From Methanocaldococcus sp. 28A (GTDB lineage: Archaea > AGJL01 > Methanococci > Methanococcales > Methanocaldococcaceae), in the NCBI GenBank assembly GCA_049852185.1, contig CP187540.1: a DNA stretch of 64,000 bases, one strand, 5' to 3'. Positions within the stretch are counted from its first letter, which is position 1. Each line of letters starts with the position of its first letter. Position numbers and translations under genes: made by a program. Under the pieces are notes generated by a model that was not told the DNA's origin, did not search any database, and worked only from the letters and a program-made list of their open reading frames with translations. Of this stretch, positions 63,692-64,000 are shown piece after piece.

Positions 63692-64000
63692 TTAAATCTT
63701 TGGCAACCTTCTATCATCCAGCTCTTTTTGTTTTGCTCTATTCCAGTTTGAAATATTTTGTAAGTATCCTGTTATCCTACTAAATTTAGCAATATCCTCA
63801 GAGCCACAATTTATACACTTATCTAATAAGCCTCCAGCACTTACTCCACATTTATTACAAACACTTAGATTTTTTGTATATGTCCAAAAGCCAATATTTG
63901 TTTTTGTTATCTTTTTTGTTACGTCCATTAAAACCTCTGGATCTGCTGCAGATTCAATATTCCAAACATGCATTATGTGTCCTCCATTACACAAAGGATG
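63692..64000 (-). CDS. nrdD: Anaerobic ribonucleotide reductase, C-terminal part (5' end outside the window)
   Basis: GGHI, CxxC...CxxC, glycyl-radical motif SRITGYL. Confidence 0.93.
   Translation of the reverse strand, partial: HPLCNGGHIMHVWNIESAADPEVLMDVTKKITKTNIGFWTYTKNLSVCNKCGVSAGGLLDKCINCGSEDIAKFSRITGYLQNISNWNRAKQKELDDRRLPKI

Overview
AT-rich archaeal chromosome segment whose proteins closely resemble those of Methanocaldococcus (hyperthermophilic methanogen). The backbone is housekeeping and methanogen genes: thermosome, tldD, bioDA, ehb hydrogenase subunits, an Hmd paralog, ahcY, dapL, rps6e, pyrH, histone, cofD, secF, GGGP synthase, DHQ synthase II, hcp, nop5, dph5, bpsA, queD, hacB, priS, tRNA-Gln/Thr, an eppA pilin locus and the nrdD 3' end. 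Intergenic DNA is heavily colonised by mobile elements: 2 intact IS6 copies plus deletion derivatives, 3 decayed ISH3/IS4-like copies, 3-4 IS5-like remnants, at least three MITE/REP families, an IS607 remnant and an orphan degenerate mini-CRISPR. The most notable signals are: (i) a protein-free ~270-bp mobile cassette (two long copies plus an end fragment) carrying a promoter and a K-turn-rich structured RNA that resembles a TnpB omega-RNA scaffold with variable 3' flanks, plus related K-turn RNAs; (ii) a full-length bacterial-type MutS1 whose stop overlaps a small PD-(D/E)XK-like nuclease gene, with no adjacent mutL. All calls are by eye; no searches were run.
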